This document shows, piece by piece, positions 40,696 to 50,052 of a stretch of 64,000 bases of DNA; within the stretch, counting starts at the first letter, position 1, and the number at the start of each line of letters is the position of its first letter. The stretch lies in NCBI GenBank assembly GCA_040751795.1, contig JBFMHR010000002.1, forward strand, positions 32,001 to 96,000. Reading direction: 5' to 3'. Source of the stretch: Thermoplasmatota archaeon. Lineage in GTDB: Archaea > Thermoplasmatota > Thermoplasmata > UBA10834. The position numbers were made by a program, and so were the translations under genes. A model generated the notes under the pieces. It saw only the letters and a program-made list of their open reading frames with translations. It searched no databases and had not been told where the DNA came from.

Positions 40696-41575
40696 CGAAG
40701 AGGCCCTGAAGAAGTACAGGCAGGCCGGCGCGGTCACCCGCGAGGCGAGGGAGTTCGCCGTCTCGCACGTCAAGCCCGGGATGGGCGCGCTGGCCCTGGC
40801 AGAGGCGGTCGAGGGCGCCATCCGCTCGCGGGGCGCCTCCTGCGCGTTCCCCGTCAACATCGGGGTGAACTCCGTCGCCGCCCACTACACGCCGTCGAGG
40901 ACGGACGACATCGCCCTCAGGGTGGGCGACATCGTGAAGATCGACCTCGGGGCGCACGTCGACGGGTACCCCGCCGACACGTCGGTGACGGTCGAACTGG
41001 GGACGCGCAACAACCAGAGGCTCATCGCCTGCGCGGAGGAGGCCCTCAGGATGGCGATCGAGATGGTCGCCCCGGGGACGTCCACCTCCGCCATCGGCGA
41101 CACGGTGGAGAGGGCGATAAGGTCGGCCGGCTACAGGCCGGTGGAGAACCTCACCGGCCACAGCATGGAGCGCTTCAACCTCCATGCCGGCCTGAGCGTG
41201 CCCAGCGTCAGGACGAGGGAGGACCACTCGGTCGAGGAGGGGATGGTCATAGCCATTGAGCCGTTCTCCACCACCGGCAAGGGGAAGGTCAAGGGCGCGT
41301 CGAGGGGCAACATCTACAGGCTCGTCAGGGACAGGAGGGCCCCCGCCGACATATCGGCCATGTTCTCGAAGATGCAGTCCCGCTTCGGCTCGCTCCCGTT
41401 CGCATCGAGGTGGTGCGACGAACTCCACCCCAACGCCCAGCCCCTCCTGTCCAAGATGCTCAGGATGGGGATGGTGATGAACTACCCCGTCCTGGTCGAG
41501 GTCGCGGACGGCCTTGTGGCCCAGGCGGAGCACTCGGTCCTCGTGACGAAAGACGGGTGCCTGGTCCTGACCTGA
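40682..41575 (+). CDS. map: Type II methionine aminopeptidase; N-terminus extends upstream of ATG 40781, start non-canonical
   Basis: AFPVN, AAHYTP, KIDLGAHVDG..AD, GH, AIEPF, AQAEH; in-frame EEALKKYRQAG upstream. Confidence 0.9.
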   Translation, partial: TPSVSEEALKKYRQAGAVTREAREFAVSHVKPGMGALALAEAVEGAIRSRGASCAFPVNIGVNSVAAHYTPSRTDDIALRVGDIVKIDLGAHVDGYPADTSVTVELGTRNNQRLIACAEEALRMAIEMVAPGTSTSAIGDTVERAIRSAGYRPVENLTGHSMERFNLHAGLSVPSVRTREDHSVEEGMVIAIEPFSTTGKGKVKGASRGNIYRLVRDRRAPADISAMFSKMQSRFGSLPFASRWCDELHPNAQPLLSKMLRMGMVMNYPVLVEVADGLVAQAEHSVLVTKDGCLVLT

Positions 41576-42005
41576 CGCAAGCCTCTGAGGAAGCCCTCAG
41601 GTGGTGCAGTGCGTCTTGACGTCCCTCAGGGAAGGAGCTCCCGCTGCATCATCAAAAATGTAGGGTGGAGAGGCATAACGAACACCTCTTTTGGTGAAAA
41701 AGTTGTGGGTGGTTCGAAATTCTGGAGGAAATGGCGAGGTGTGTTGGTGATGCCCCTCCATGGTGGTTACTAGCAGTCCTCTCCATGCCTGCTTGACAGT
41801 ATAATCGCGTGGCTGTTTTAATCTCTTTCGGTACGACATTAGAACAATGCCTTCCTGTTCAGGTCGTCTGCTTATATGCCGCCATCCTGCAGTAGGGGCC
41901 GTGCTACTCGGCTCGCTCCACACCTCGGGCCGAGCTATCCGTCAGGGGGACGTTGGCGCGGCGCCTGCGAATCTTTATATCCGTACGGGCTTAACAAAGG
42001 CTCAA

Positions 42006-42090
42006 GCGAGGGTAGCCAAGCCCGGTCAAAGGCGACAGACTCAAGATCTGTTCTCGCAGGGGTTCCCCGGTTCAAATCCGGGCCCTCGCA
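42006..42090 (+). tRNA. tRNA-Leu (CAA), no intron, CCA not encoded
   Basis: GCGAGGG/CCCTCGC acceptor stem, ACAGA-CTCAAGA-TCTGT anticodon arm, long variable arm, GGTTCAAATCC T-arm; TTTATAT box at 41974. Confidence 0.95.
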
Positions 42091-42170
42091 CATTTTAATG
42101 TGTCCACACGAATCAATATGCGGATTGCGGTCACAATGACATCTCATCTAGGCCGACTGCGGATGAGTGC

Positions 42171-43529
42171 TCATGTCTGAAGTAGGAGTCTCCACAGAGG
42201 GAGAATGATGATTTCGATATCACCGATGTTCATGGCTCCTTCCTTGTCTTTGGTGACGAGGAACGCCTTGTCGCAACCATGCACATCGCAGAATCTCACT
42301 AGTCCCTTGGCGTCCGATTTGTATATGCTGGTCTGATACTTCAGCTCGATGGGGATCGGAGCCCGTTTGGATGGCAGCACGATGTCCACCTCGTTCCCCT
42401 GCGGGTCTCTCCAGAAGAATGCTGGTGATGTTCTTGAGAGGTGATTGTAGGCTGCGGTCTCTGCCAGCCTGCCGAGTTCTTGACTCCCCGTCGTCTCATC
42501 CAGCCCGAGGAGGGCGCTGATCAACCCCGTGTCAGCCAGATACGCCCGTTTGGAGGACCGGGCCTGTTTGACCTGGCTCTTGGTGTAGTTGTAGCAGGTT
42601 GAGAATAACATCGCCCGTTCCAGGATTGAAAGGTACTTCGAGGCGGTCTGCGCCTTCATGCCGATGTCAGGCGCGATGTTGGCAATCTCGAACCTCTGTG
42701 AGCTCATCGAGGCGAGTATCTTCAACAGGTGCATCATGCTCGCCGGGTTCGCGATGCTCTCAGTCTCCAGGAGGTCGTGGTACACTACTCTGTCCAGGAC
42801 GGATTGTTGGATGTACCTGTGCACCTTCGAGATAGGTCGCATGTCAACCGTCTCCGGATAGCCCCCTCTCACCAGGTAACTCGTCAATGCGTTCGTGACC
42901 TCGTTCTGGACGAGCATGAACGACTCGGGGACCTTGGTGTCGGACCAGACAGGGGGGATTTTGGGCACCTCAATCCCTTTGAACGCGAGATACTCTCGGA
43001 ACGATAATGTCGGGATGGTGATGTCGAATGCCCTGCCGGCAAGGCTCTCCCCCATCCCCTTCCTCACCCCGAGCGACGATGAGCCTGAAGCGAATACCTT
43101 CACGTTTGCCCTCGTCTCGTAGATGCGCTTGAGAATTGTGGGCCAGTCTTTGATGAACTGTATCTCATCCAGGAACAGGAATGCTGGGGCCTTCTTCGTC
43201 GCTCCTTCTGGGACTACATTCTGGATGAAGTAGGACACCACGTCCTCGAGCACGGTATGTTCTCTTGATAGGACTTCGTCGAATGAGAAGTACAGAGTCC
43301 TCTTGGGGTCCACACCTCTGTCGAGCAACTGCTGAATCGTGCTCATGATTCCTGTAGTCTTTCCGGACCTCCTAGGCCCTGTGACAATCACGATCTGACG
43401 GTCGTCGGCGTAGCTGAGGAGCTCCGCAATCGAGTCCCTTGGTACAATCACATCCATGTGCTCTGCTGGGGGTCTACCGCTCCATTGGGGGTTCGATATC
43501 ACTATCTGTCTCACTAGCCTTTCGTCCAC
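42171..43529 (-). CDS. AAA+ ATPase with DUF4143 / PD-(D/E)XK-like C-terminus (COG1373 type)
   Basis: GPRRSGKT, FLDEIQ, SGSS, ESLAGR, GGYP, YLADTGL, EVD...IELK; lower GC. Confidence 0.88.
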   Translation of the reverse strand: MDERLVRQIVISNPQWSGRPPAEHMDVIVPRDSIAELLSYADDRQIVIVTGPRRSGKTTGIMSTIQQLLDRGVDPKRTLYFSFDEVLSREHTVLEDVVSYFIQNVVPEGATKKAPAFLFLDEIQFIKDWPTILKRIYETRANVKVFASGSSSLGVRKGMGESLAGRAFDITIPTLSFREYLAFKGIEVPKIPPVWSDTKVPESFMLVQNEVTNALTSYLVRGGYPETVDMRPISKVHRYIQQSVLDRVVYHDLLETESIANPASMMHLLKILASMSSQRFEIANIAPDIGMKAQTASKYLSILERAMLFSTCYNYTKSQVKQARSSKRAYLADTGLISALLGLDETTGSQELGRLAETAAYNHLSRTSPAFFWRDPQGNEVDIVLPSKRAPIPIELKYQTSIYKSDAKGLVRFCDVHGCDKAFLVTKDKEGAMNIGDIEIIILPLWRLLLQT

Positions 43530-43650
43530 GGCTAATCAATGTAATTATGAGTTTATAATGATTTCCAATATATCCAATTAGAGTGTTGTGAGGTCCCCCT
43601 CGGGTGGGTCGTAGCTCCAAGATCATTTCTTACCATCAAAGAATTCCACC

Positions 43651-43724
43651 TTGAATCTTCAAGCCTGGACATTCAAACACCATCAGATTCCGGGTCAATA
43701 TCCGGGGCCCTCGCACGTTTTAAT
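43651..43724 (+). repeat. att-like element 1: degenerate tRNA-Leu 3' end plus conserved upstream arm
   Basis: ggtcaatatccggggccctcgcacgttttaat versus tRNA ggttcaaatccgggccctcgcacattttaat. Confidence 0.8.
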
Positions 43725-43865
43725 TATCGATTGTGTATTTATGTGGATGGACACTAGCGTTCTATAGTCGGAGAACACAGCTCAAGATTGGAAATGCAGA
43801 TATAGCGGAACCGCCGCTTGTCACGTGCCTCGAGGGTGGTTCGAGGAGGAGGTGGGCCGGGAGGA

Positions 43866-44831
43866 ATGGATGATACTGACAGGAAGCTACTGCAGTTGAT
43901 ATCTGAAGATCCCAGGATGCCTCTCAAGGAGCTCGCGAAGAGGCTCGGGATTTCGAGGCAGACTGTCAGCAGGAGGCTCAATGTACTGACGAGACTTGGC
44001 ACATTCGAGTGCATCAAGGCGAAGATCTCCTACAGCTACTACGGTGTTTCGACCTTCCCTGTTGTTTGGGGCATATCAAAGGCCACATCGATCGATGATA
44101 CATTGGAGAGACTAGGAGAGAACGAATCCACATTTGCCGCAGCCCTCCTTGGAGGAGGGGTGCTACTGGTATTCGGATGCCTCACAGAGGTATCCGAGCT
44201 CGAACGGTATGTCGAATCCGTCAAGCGAGTTGCCGACATGCCTGATGCCACGGTGGGTTTGCTGTCCTATCATGATGGCGTGAATTTTGACTGTTGGTCT
44301 GAGGGAGCAACGCTCAGTGGGAACTGCAGGCAACTCTCACCTCTCGACCTGAAGATAATCGCCTCGCTCCATGACGACCCGCGCAAACCACCTAAGAAGA
44401 TAGCTGACGCCGTCGGAGTCTCGGCCAAGACTGTCAGGCGACATATCGAGCGCATGAGATCGGAGGGGTCGTTGGATTTCCGCATCCCCGTTGACTTCCC
44501 ACCTGGCGAGAGTTTCTTCACGTTGTTGTTCATCAATCTCAGGGGCGGTGCTGACAAAGTCGAAGTCGGCAGAAGAATCCTTTCCAGATATCCGCAGTGC
44601 GTGCTGATCGCCAGGCCATTCATCAACATTCCGGACTTCATTCGCGTGCTTCTCAGATCAGACAAGATGAGCGAGATACGCTGGATCATTAAAGAGGTCA
44701 GTGAAGATGAAGATGTTGTGTCCGTGAGGCCGAATCTCATCTACTTCTGGCGTGAATATGAAACGATCTGGCACAACAAGATGCTCCGAACGCTTGCGCG
44801 AACGCCAGGGGAACGAAGCGAATCTCGTTGA
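43866..44831 (+). CDS. Tandem Lrp/AsnC-type transcriptional regulator (two HTH units)
   Basis: MDDTDRKLL...ELAKRLGISRQTV and LDLKII...IADAVGVSAKTVRRH. Confidence 0.85.
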   Translation: MDDTDRKLLQLISEDPRMPLKELAKRLGISRQTVSRRLNVLTRLGTFECIKAKISYSYYGVSTFPVVWGISKATSIDDTLERLGENESTFAAALLGGGVLLVFGCLTEVSELERYVESVKRVADMPDATVGLLSYHDGVNFDCWSEGATLSGNCRQLSPLDLKIIASLHDDPRKPPKKIADAVGVSAKTVRRHIERMRSEGSLDFRIPVDFPPGESFFTLLFINLRGGADKVEVGRRILSRYPQCVLIARPFINIPDFIRVLLRSDKMSEIRWIIKEVSEDEDVVSVRPNLIYFWREYETIWHNKMLRTLARTPGERSESR

Positions 44832-45057
44832 ATATGGGCCGGGACATGATGACCCTGGCTAGGAGGCTGGCCACCATGCCTTCGTCGGAAGGTTGTCCTT
44901 CCAGTCAAGCGCAGCTTGACCGAATGGTCAGCGCGTGTTCTTCGGGTCGTCTGCTGCGTGACTCTCCCATATGACAGGGGCTGTCGATACAGTCCATCGT
45001 GTCCCGTATGAGGGATACGACGAAGCCGCAAAGGTGGCTCGAGGAGGAGAGGAGAGA

Positions 45058-45720
45058 ATGAAGATAGGAGTGATGGTCGCCTTGAGCGTCCTCATTGTGC
45101 TACTGTCTGCGCAGCCTGTTTCGGGACAGTCAGTGAGTGTTGAGTCCTTTAGTGACAAACCGAATGACCTCGGTCATCCAGCATTCTACGTTGACGACGC
45201 TGGCCTGCTTGTGCCTATGGCATATTGGCCCGATACGTCTCCTGTTTGTGATGCCGGATACCTGGACATGCTCTGGGGGGATATGAAGCTCGGTGGGAAC
45301 GGCATCATGACTGCGCGCCTGACCGTCGCCGAACCCGTAGTGACAGACGAGACTGTGCTGCCAAACAGCGTGACCGAAGTCTGGTGGACTTGGTTCTTCT
45401 ACAAGGATACTGGCTACTTCGAAGCGGACTATGCAATTCACCTCTGCTGGGACGGACAGGCGTATGAGTGTCTCGTGCTCATGAGGGGACAAGAGAGTCC
45501 AGTTGGACTCGCTGAGTCTTACAGCGTCGTAGGAGACCAGGTTGTCGTGGAGTTCGATGGAGCTCTTATTCCAGACTCAGTTGCCTGGTTCGCCGAGTCG
45601 ATATGCTGGGTGTGCTGTAATCCTCGCACGGACCTGGGATACATGCCGAGCAGTGGATGGTATGCGGCGGATCTCACAGATGGGCCGTTCCTGCCATGGC
45701 AACCGATGCCTGGATACTAG
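45058..45720 (+). CDS. Secreted hypothetical protein
   Basis: Signal-peptide-like N-terminus, Trp/Asp-rich beta pattern, SD-like GGAGAGGAG. Confidence 0.65.
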   Translation: MKIGVMVALSVLIVLLSAQPVSGQSVSVESFSDKPNDLGHPAFYVDDAGLLVPMAYWPDTSPVCDAGYLDMLWGDMKLGGNGIMTARLTVAEPVVTDETVLPNSVTEVWWTWFFYKDTGYFEADYAIHLCWDGQAYECLVLMRGQESPVGLAESYSVVGDQVVVEFDGALIPDSVAWFAESICWVCCNPRTDLGYMPSSGWYAADLTDGPFLPWQPMPGY

Positions 45721-45827
45721 AACATGATGTAGTGGATCTTCACCAAACACATTCGATTCCTTTCTCTTCATTGTAGCGTCGATGTGTCTGGTTCGCAGTG
45801 GATTATCCGCTGGCAGAGAATTGCGCT

Positions 45828-45895
45828 TTGGACCTTCAAGCCCGAACCTTCAATCGCCGGTAGATTCCAGGTCAATATCCGGGCCCTCGCACATT
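45828..45895 (+). repeat. att-like element 2: degenerate tRNA-Leu 3' end plus conserved upstream arm
   Basis: cttcaagcc...ttcaa...agattcc.ggtcaatatccgggccctcgcacatt, colinear with 43651-43724. Confidence 0.8.
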
Positions 45896-45955
45896 CCGAT
45901 TGCCGGTGTCGGACTTGAATCAAGACCATAGGGATTTCACGGGGAGGAGTCCACT

Positions 45956-46984
45956 TCAAAGTCTCCCGCCCTCATCCCTCACTGCGACCACCAGTCCTTC
46001 GGTGCAGCCGTCGACCACGCCCTCGATCGCCTTCCATGCGCATGACAGCCTCTCCTCCGGCGTGCTGCCGGAGACGACGACGTAGCGACGACCTCTCAGC
46101 GCCAGCTCATTCCTGAAGGTCTCCAGGAACTCCTGACGTCGGTCGGGACAGTCCCTCCAAAGGCTCTCGACCCATGGGATGCCAATGTCAGTCAGGAGAT
46201 GGAGGTCGTACTTCCGTGCGAACGACTCCTTGACGATCCATTCAGGGCAGCTGCCGAAGTAGTGGTTGCTCCAGATCGCCGTGGTCATCAGGTCAGTGTC
46301 GCAGATGAGGACCCTGTTCGCCACCCGCGCCGCCGCGTCCTCGGATCCGACCTGTCCTCTCGCGATCATCTCGATGTCCTCGGTCGACTTCAGGTCACTG
46401 TTCCCGTTCTTGAGGTACTCGACCGCGTACTCCGGCACCCACACGGTGTTCAGCCGCGCAGCGAGCGCAGCCGCCAGCGTCGTCTTTCCCGTCGACTCCG
46501 GCCCGACGATGCATATCCTCTTCGCGTAGTGGGCCCTCACAGGGGGCGGGATGAAGTCCCACCACTTGTACGGGTCGGCCCTGACTTTCTCGCCCGAGAT
46601 GTGGTACCTCTCCCTGCGGGGATCGACGCAGACATGCACGCATCCGAGGACCTCCGCGAGCTTGTACCCGTAGTCCTCCGACGAGAATATCACGTCCGGC
46701 CTTGGGGCGTATCTCAGGATCGCCCTCCTCCAGATGTCCCAGAAGTCCGGGTGCTCCTCCGGCTGCGACGGCAGCTCCTCGCTGACCCAGACCACGTTGG
46801 CGTCGGGGTTCATCTCCTTGACCCATTCGTACCTCATCCCGCCGGGGATGGGCTCCCAGAAGTGGGAGCAGACAAGGACGGTCAGCCTCCCGACCCTCGC
46901 CTTGCCCGTGTCGATTAGGTGCTGGTGCCCGGCGTGGATGGGCATGAACTTGCCGATGATGAGCCCTTCCTCGTAGCGATCCAT
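45956..46984 (-). CDS. nadR: NadR-like NMN adenylyltransferase / nicotinamide riboside kinase (no HTH)
   Basis: GKFMPIHAGH nucleotidyltransferase motif, SSEDYG, GPESTGKTT P-loop, CDTD. Confidence 0.9.
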   Translation of the reverse strand: MDRYEEGLIIGKFMPIHAGHQHLIDTGKARVGRLTVLVCSHFWEPIPGGMRYEWVKEMNPDANVVWVSEELPSQPEEHPDFWDIWRRAILRYAPRPDVIFSSEDYGYKLAEVLGCVHVCVDPRRERYHISGEKVRADPYKWWDFIPPPVRAHYAKRICIVGPESTGKTTLAAALAARLNTVWVPEYAVEYLKNGNSDLKSTEDIEMIARGQVGSEDAAARVANRVLICDTDLMTTAIWSNHYFGSCPEWIVKESFARKYDLHLLTDIGIPWVESLWRDCPDRRQEFLETFRNELALRGRRYVVVSGSTPEERLSCAWKAIEGVVDGCTEGLVVAVRDEGGRL

Positions 46985-47532
46985 GACTTCCTCCATTCGA
47001 TGTACCCCGCAGTCGCCAGGACAAGGAACACCGCGTACAGCCCGCTCATCAGGTAGAGTTCCTTGTAGAGGTATATTCCAGTGTCCACCACGTCGGCGGC
47101 TATCCACAGGTACCAGCTCTCGAGCTTCTTGAGGGACATCAGGTACTGCGCGATTATGCTCATGACCGTGGTTGACGAGTCCCAGTACGGGACCGACGCG
47201 TCGGTGTAGGTCGCGAGCGCAGCCCCCATGACGACGGTCCCCAGCCCCCAGGTGGCTGCGGTGCCCGCCCCGGACCTCCATGACAGCGTGGTGACGGGCA
47301 CGGAGGCCTCCCCCTTCTTCGGGTGGATCCAGTAGTACCAGCCGTAGAATGACAGTATGAGGAAGACCACCTGCAGGCCCAGGTCGGCGTAGAGCTTGAC
47401 CTGGTAGAACAGGACCATGAAGAGCAGGATGTTGACTATGCCGATGGGCCAGCAGAGCACCTTCTGCCTCACGGTGAGCCAGACGGTCAACAGGCCTGTG
47501 ACGACCCCCAGTACCTCTATCACGTTCATCAT
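46915..47532 (-). CDS. pnuC: Nicotinamide riboside transporter
   Basis: WPIGI, LYAD..LQ, YGWYYW, PYWDS, ESWYLWI..D. Confidence 0.92.
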   Translation of the reverse strand: MMNVIEVLGVVTGLLTVWLTVRQKVLCWPIGIVNILLFMVLFYQVKLYADLGLQVVFLILSFYGWYYWIHPKKGEASVPVTTLSWRSGAGTAATWGLGTVVMGAALATYTDASVPYWDSSTTVMSIIAQYLMSLKKLESWYLWIAADVVDTGIYLYKELYLMSGLYAVFLVLATAGYIEWRKSWIATRKGSSSASSCPSTPGTST

Positions 47533-48266
47533 GTCCCTCGCTCGAACCTGGGCTTCTTGAAAGTGGACGAAGGCCTCGCGTCCCTGAACTCGTAGAGCAT
47601 CGCTGGCCTGTGCCCTCCCTTCCTGTAGGCTCTTGTGGGCTTGAGGACGCCCATGGACATCATCTTCTTCCTGAAGTTGCGCTTGTCGAGGCCCTCGCCC
47701 AGTATAGTCTCATACAGGCTCTGGAGCTCTGTCAGGGTGAACTGGTCAGGAAGGAGCTCCAATCCGACGGCCGTGTACTCCAGCTTGTTCCTCAGCCTCT
47801 TGAGCGCGTATTCCAGGATTCCCCCGTGGTCGAACGCGATGCCCTCCGGAAGATCGTGCACAGGGAACCACTGGACGTCGCTGATGCCCTCCTGCCCGGT
47901 GACCCGGGGCTTGACCTTCGAGGAGTCGACGAGGGCGAAGTAGGCGACGGTGATGACCCTGGTCCTCGGGTCCCGGCCGGGGTCGCCGAACGTGTAGAGC
48001 TGTTCCAGATAGGCCCCCCCGGCGTCCACGCCCGTCTCCTCTTCCAGCTCCCTCACCGCGGCCTCCTCCAGGGCCTCGTCCATCCTCACGAAACCTCCGG
48101 GCAGAGCCCAGCACCCGGCGAACGGCTGCTGTCCTCGTCTGATGAGCAGGACCTTCAGCGAACCATCCATCACGGTGAACAAGACGAGGTCCACCGTGAC
48201 CGAGGGCCTCTCGAACTCCGAGACGTCGTAGCGCTTCAGGAACTCCTTCTGGCTCTGCCCCCTCAT
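47529..48266 (-). CDS. nrtR: Nudix-related transcriptional regulator NrtR
   Basis: Nudix (WALPGGF...RELEEETG, RDPRTR) plus wHTH (FTLTELQ...DKRNFRKK...HRPAMLY). Confidence 0.92.
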   Translation of the reverse strand: MRGQSQKEFLKRYDVSEFERPSVTVDLVLFTVMDGSLKVLLIRRGQQPFAGCWALPGGFVRMDEALEEAAVRELEEETGVDAGGAYLEQLYTFGDPGRDPRTRVITVAYFALVDSSKVKPRVTGQEGISDVQWFPVHDLPEGIAFDHGGILEYALKRLRNKLEYTAVGLELLPDQFTLTELQSLYETILGEGLDKRNFRKKMMSMGVLKPTRAYRKGGHRPAMLYEFRDARPSSTFKKPRFERGT

Positions 48267-49156
48267 CCACGTCCCCCCGTCCCTGAGCCCCCGAACGAGA
48301 CGGCGCAGACCGGGAGCCTCGAAGCCCTGACCTTGAGCACGTCCCCCCTCCTGAACTCGAACATCCTCTTTTCGAAGTCCCCGTCGAAGCTGATGCACCC
48401 GTCAACGTTCATCTTCGAGCGGACCGTCATGACCTCGCCCCTGCCCATGGTGCCCTTGGTCATCGAGTAGTCGCCAGCGAGGTTGTGTTCCCTGACTATG
48501 AACTTCAGGTCCTTGGAGGTCCGCGAGAACCTGCCGTCCGACCCAGGTATGTTCGCATACCACCCCGTCGAGCCTGCGCCGGTCGTTATCACGATGCCGC
48601 TGGACATCTGCGACTCCCTCCTGCCCCCGAGGGCGACCTCGTACCTGGCCATGGACGGGTTGTGCCTGGCCCCGACGAACACCTCGTTGAGGGCGAACAG
48701 CGTCCTCGGTCCGAAGCGCCCCTCCACCCTGGTCCATTCCTCGACCTCGTAGTCGTCCCTGACGATCCTCTCGAGGGCCTCCTCGAAGTCCTGAGCGTCT
48801 ATCTCGCAGAGGACCCCGAGGCTCCTGCGGTCCGACCTCACGGCGAGCATCGGTGTGCGGTCCATGATGTACTGCGACGAGTTCAGGACCGTCCCGTCCC
48901 CTCCCACGGATATTATCAGGTCCTTCCCCCGGAAGTCCTCGTACTCGGAGTAGGGCATGTAGGACCTCGAGAACTGGATGCCCCTGTGTGCGAGCGCTCT
49001 CCTTATCTTGTCCAGTGATGCATAATGGGCTTCGTGGCGCGCCCTTATCTCATTCAACTCCCTCTTTGGGAGAGCGTCCTCGAGGAAGTCGGTGTGCTCC
49101 TTGAAGTACTCGAGGGCGGTCTTCTTGGTGGACAGCAGCACCCTCCGGACCTTCAT
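48263..49156 (-). CDS. NAD kinase family protein
   Basis: SVGGDGT, ALNE, SSG..TGAGSTGW, FDG. Confidence 0.85.
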   Translation of the reverse strand: MKVRRVLLSTKKTALEYFKEHTDFLEDALPKRELNEIRARHEAHYASLDKIRRALAHRGIQFSRSYMPYSEYEDFRGKDLIISVGGDGTVLNSSQYIMDRTPMLAVRSDRRSLGVLCEIDAQDFEEALERIVRDDYEVEEWTRVEGRFGPRTLFALNEVFVGARHNPSMARYEVALGGRRESQMSSGIVITTGAGSTGWYANIPGSDGRFSRTSKDLKFIVREHNLAGDYSMTKGTMGRGEVMTVRSKMNVDGCISFDGDFEKRMFEFRRGDVLKVRASRLPVCAVSFGGSGTGGRG

Positions 49157-50052
49157 GCCGTCCCCCTCCCCTCCTTTCCTTCCCCGTTGAACCAGTGGAG
49201 GAACTCCTCGGTGGTCGAGTACTCCACCCCGACGTCCTTGCACACGCGCATGGCCGCGTCCCTCGACTGCTCAGGTGTCTCGAAGCCGAGGCCTATCCCC
49301 GCGAGCGGGGTCGTGGCGTCCTTCAGGTTGACGATCCTGCTGGTCTTGAACATCTGCCTGAGGCCGATCGAGGTGTGGAGCCTGCAGATCCCCTCCACGA
49401 CCCCGGTGTTCACGAATATCAGGTCGAAGGCGCTGGAGGGATACCTCTGCCTCAGGAGGGAGAACACGTTGCAGTTCATGGCTGGAATCCCTTCTCCGAC
49501 CATCCTCGGGAGCGTGTAGTCGCTCTCGAGCCTCGTGGCGTCGAAGGTGTGCTTGGGGGCCACGATGTAGTCGTAGTCACCCTCCAAGAAGTCGTCCGGC
49601 CCGATGGCGTCGGTGCCGAAGCTCCTCTCCATGTCCGAGGGGAGGAACCAGGGTACCTCTGCCCCGTCCTGGTAGTAGATCTCCTTGGGGACAATCATCC
49701 CGCGGGCGCGCCGTCTCAGGTGCCTCCCGATGTCCTCGGTCAACGCTGGGCTCATCGTCCTCCCTCCGAGTCTCATGGCCTCGCCAGCCGCCGACACGAA
49801 GTACTCGAAGTCCGGCCCTGTGGAAGAACGAAGGACCACGTTGTGGGCGGGATACAGCCCGCTGTTGATGGCGAACTCCTTCGATTGGACCGGGTGCGCG
49901 TCCGAGCTGAATATGACGAGGTCGGCGTGCTCGACCACCTTCCCCGCGTTCTCCTTCTGGTCGCGCGTCGTCCCGCAGTAGAACGAGCCGTCCTCGTCGA
50001 CGAAGGACCTCGACCAGTCGATGAGGTTGACGATCAGCACCTGCTCCTTCAT
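49153..50052 (-). CDS. Divergent, enlarged nicotinamidase (PncA)/isochorismatase-family cysteine hydrolase
   Basis: LIDW (Asp), SDAH, YPAH, PK..F (Lys), GVVEGIC (Cys), DAT; lies after pncB. Confidence 0.7.
   Translation of the reverse strand: MKEQVLIVNLIDWSRSFVDEDGSFYCGTTRDQKENAGKVVEHADLVIFSSDAHPVQSKEFAINSGLYPAHNVVLRSSTGPDFEYFVSAAGEAMRLGGRTMSPALTEDIGRHLRRRARGMIVPKEIYYQDGAEVPWFLPSDMERSFGTDAIGPDDFLEGDYDYIVAPKHTFDATRLESDYTLPRMVGEGIPAMNCNVFSLLRQRYPSSAFDLIFVNTGVVEGICRLHTSIGLRQMFKTSRIVNLKDATTPLAGIGLGFETPEQSRDAAMRVCKDVGVEYSTTEEFLHWFNGEGKEGRGTA

Noticed and set aside
43651-45895. att-like repeats as split SSV-type integrase fragments or extra tRNAs
   Set aside because: Only the 3' part of the tRNA is present and the candidate frames contain stops; no recombinase motifs seen
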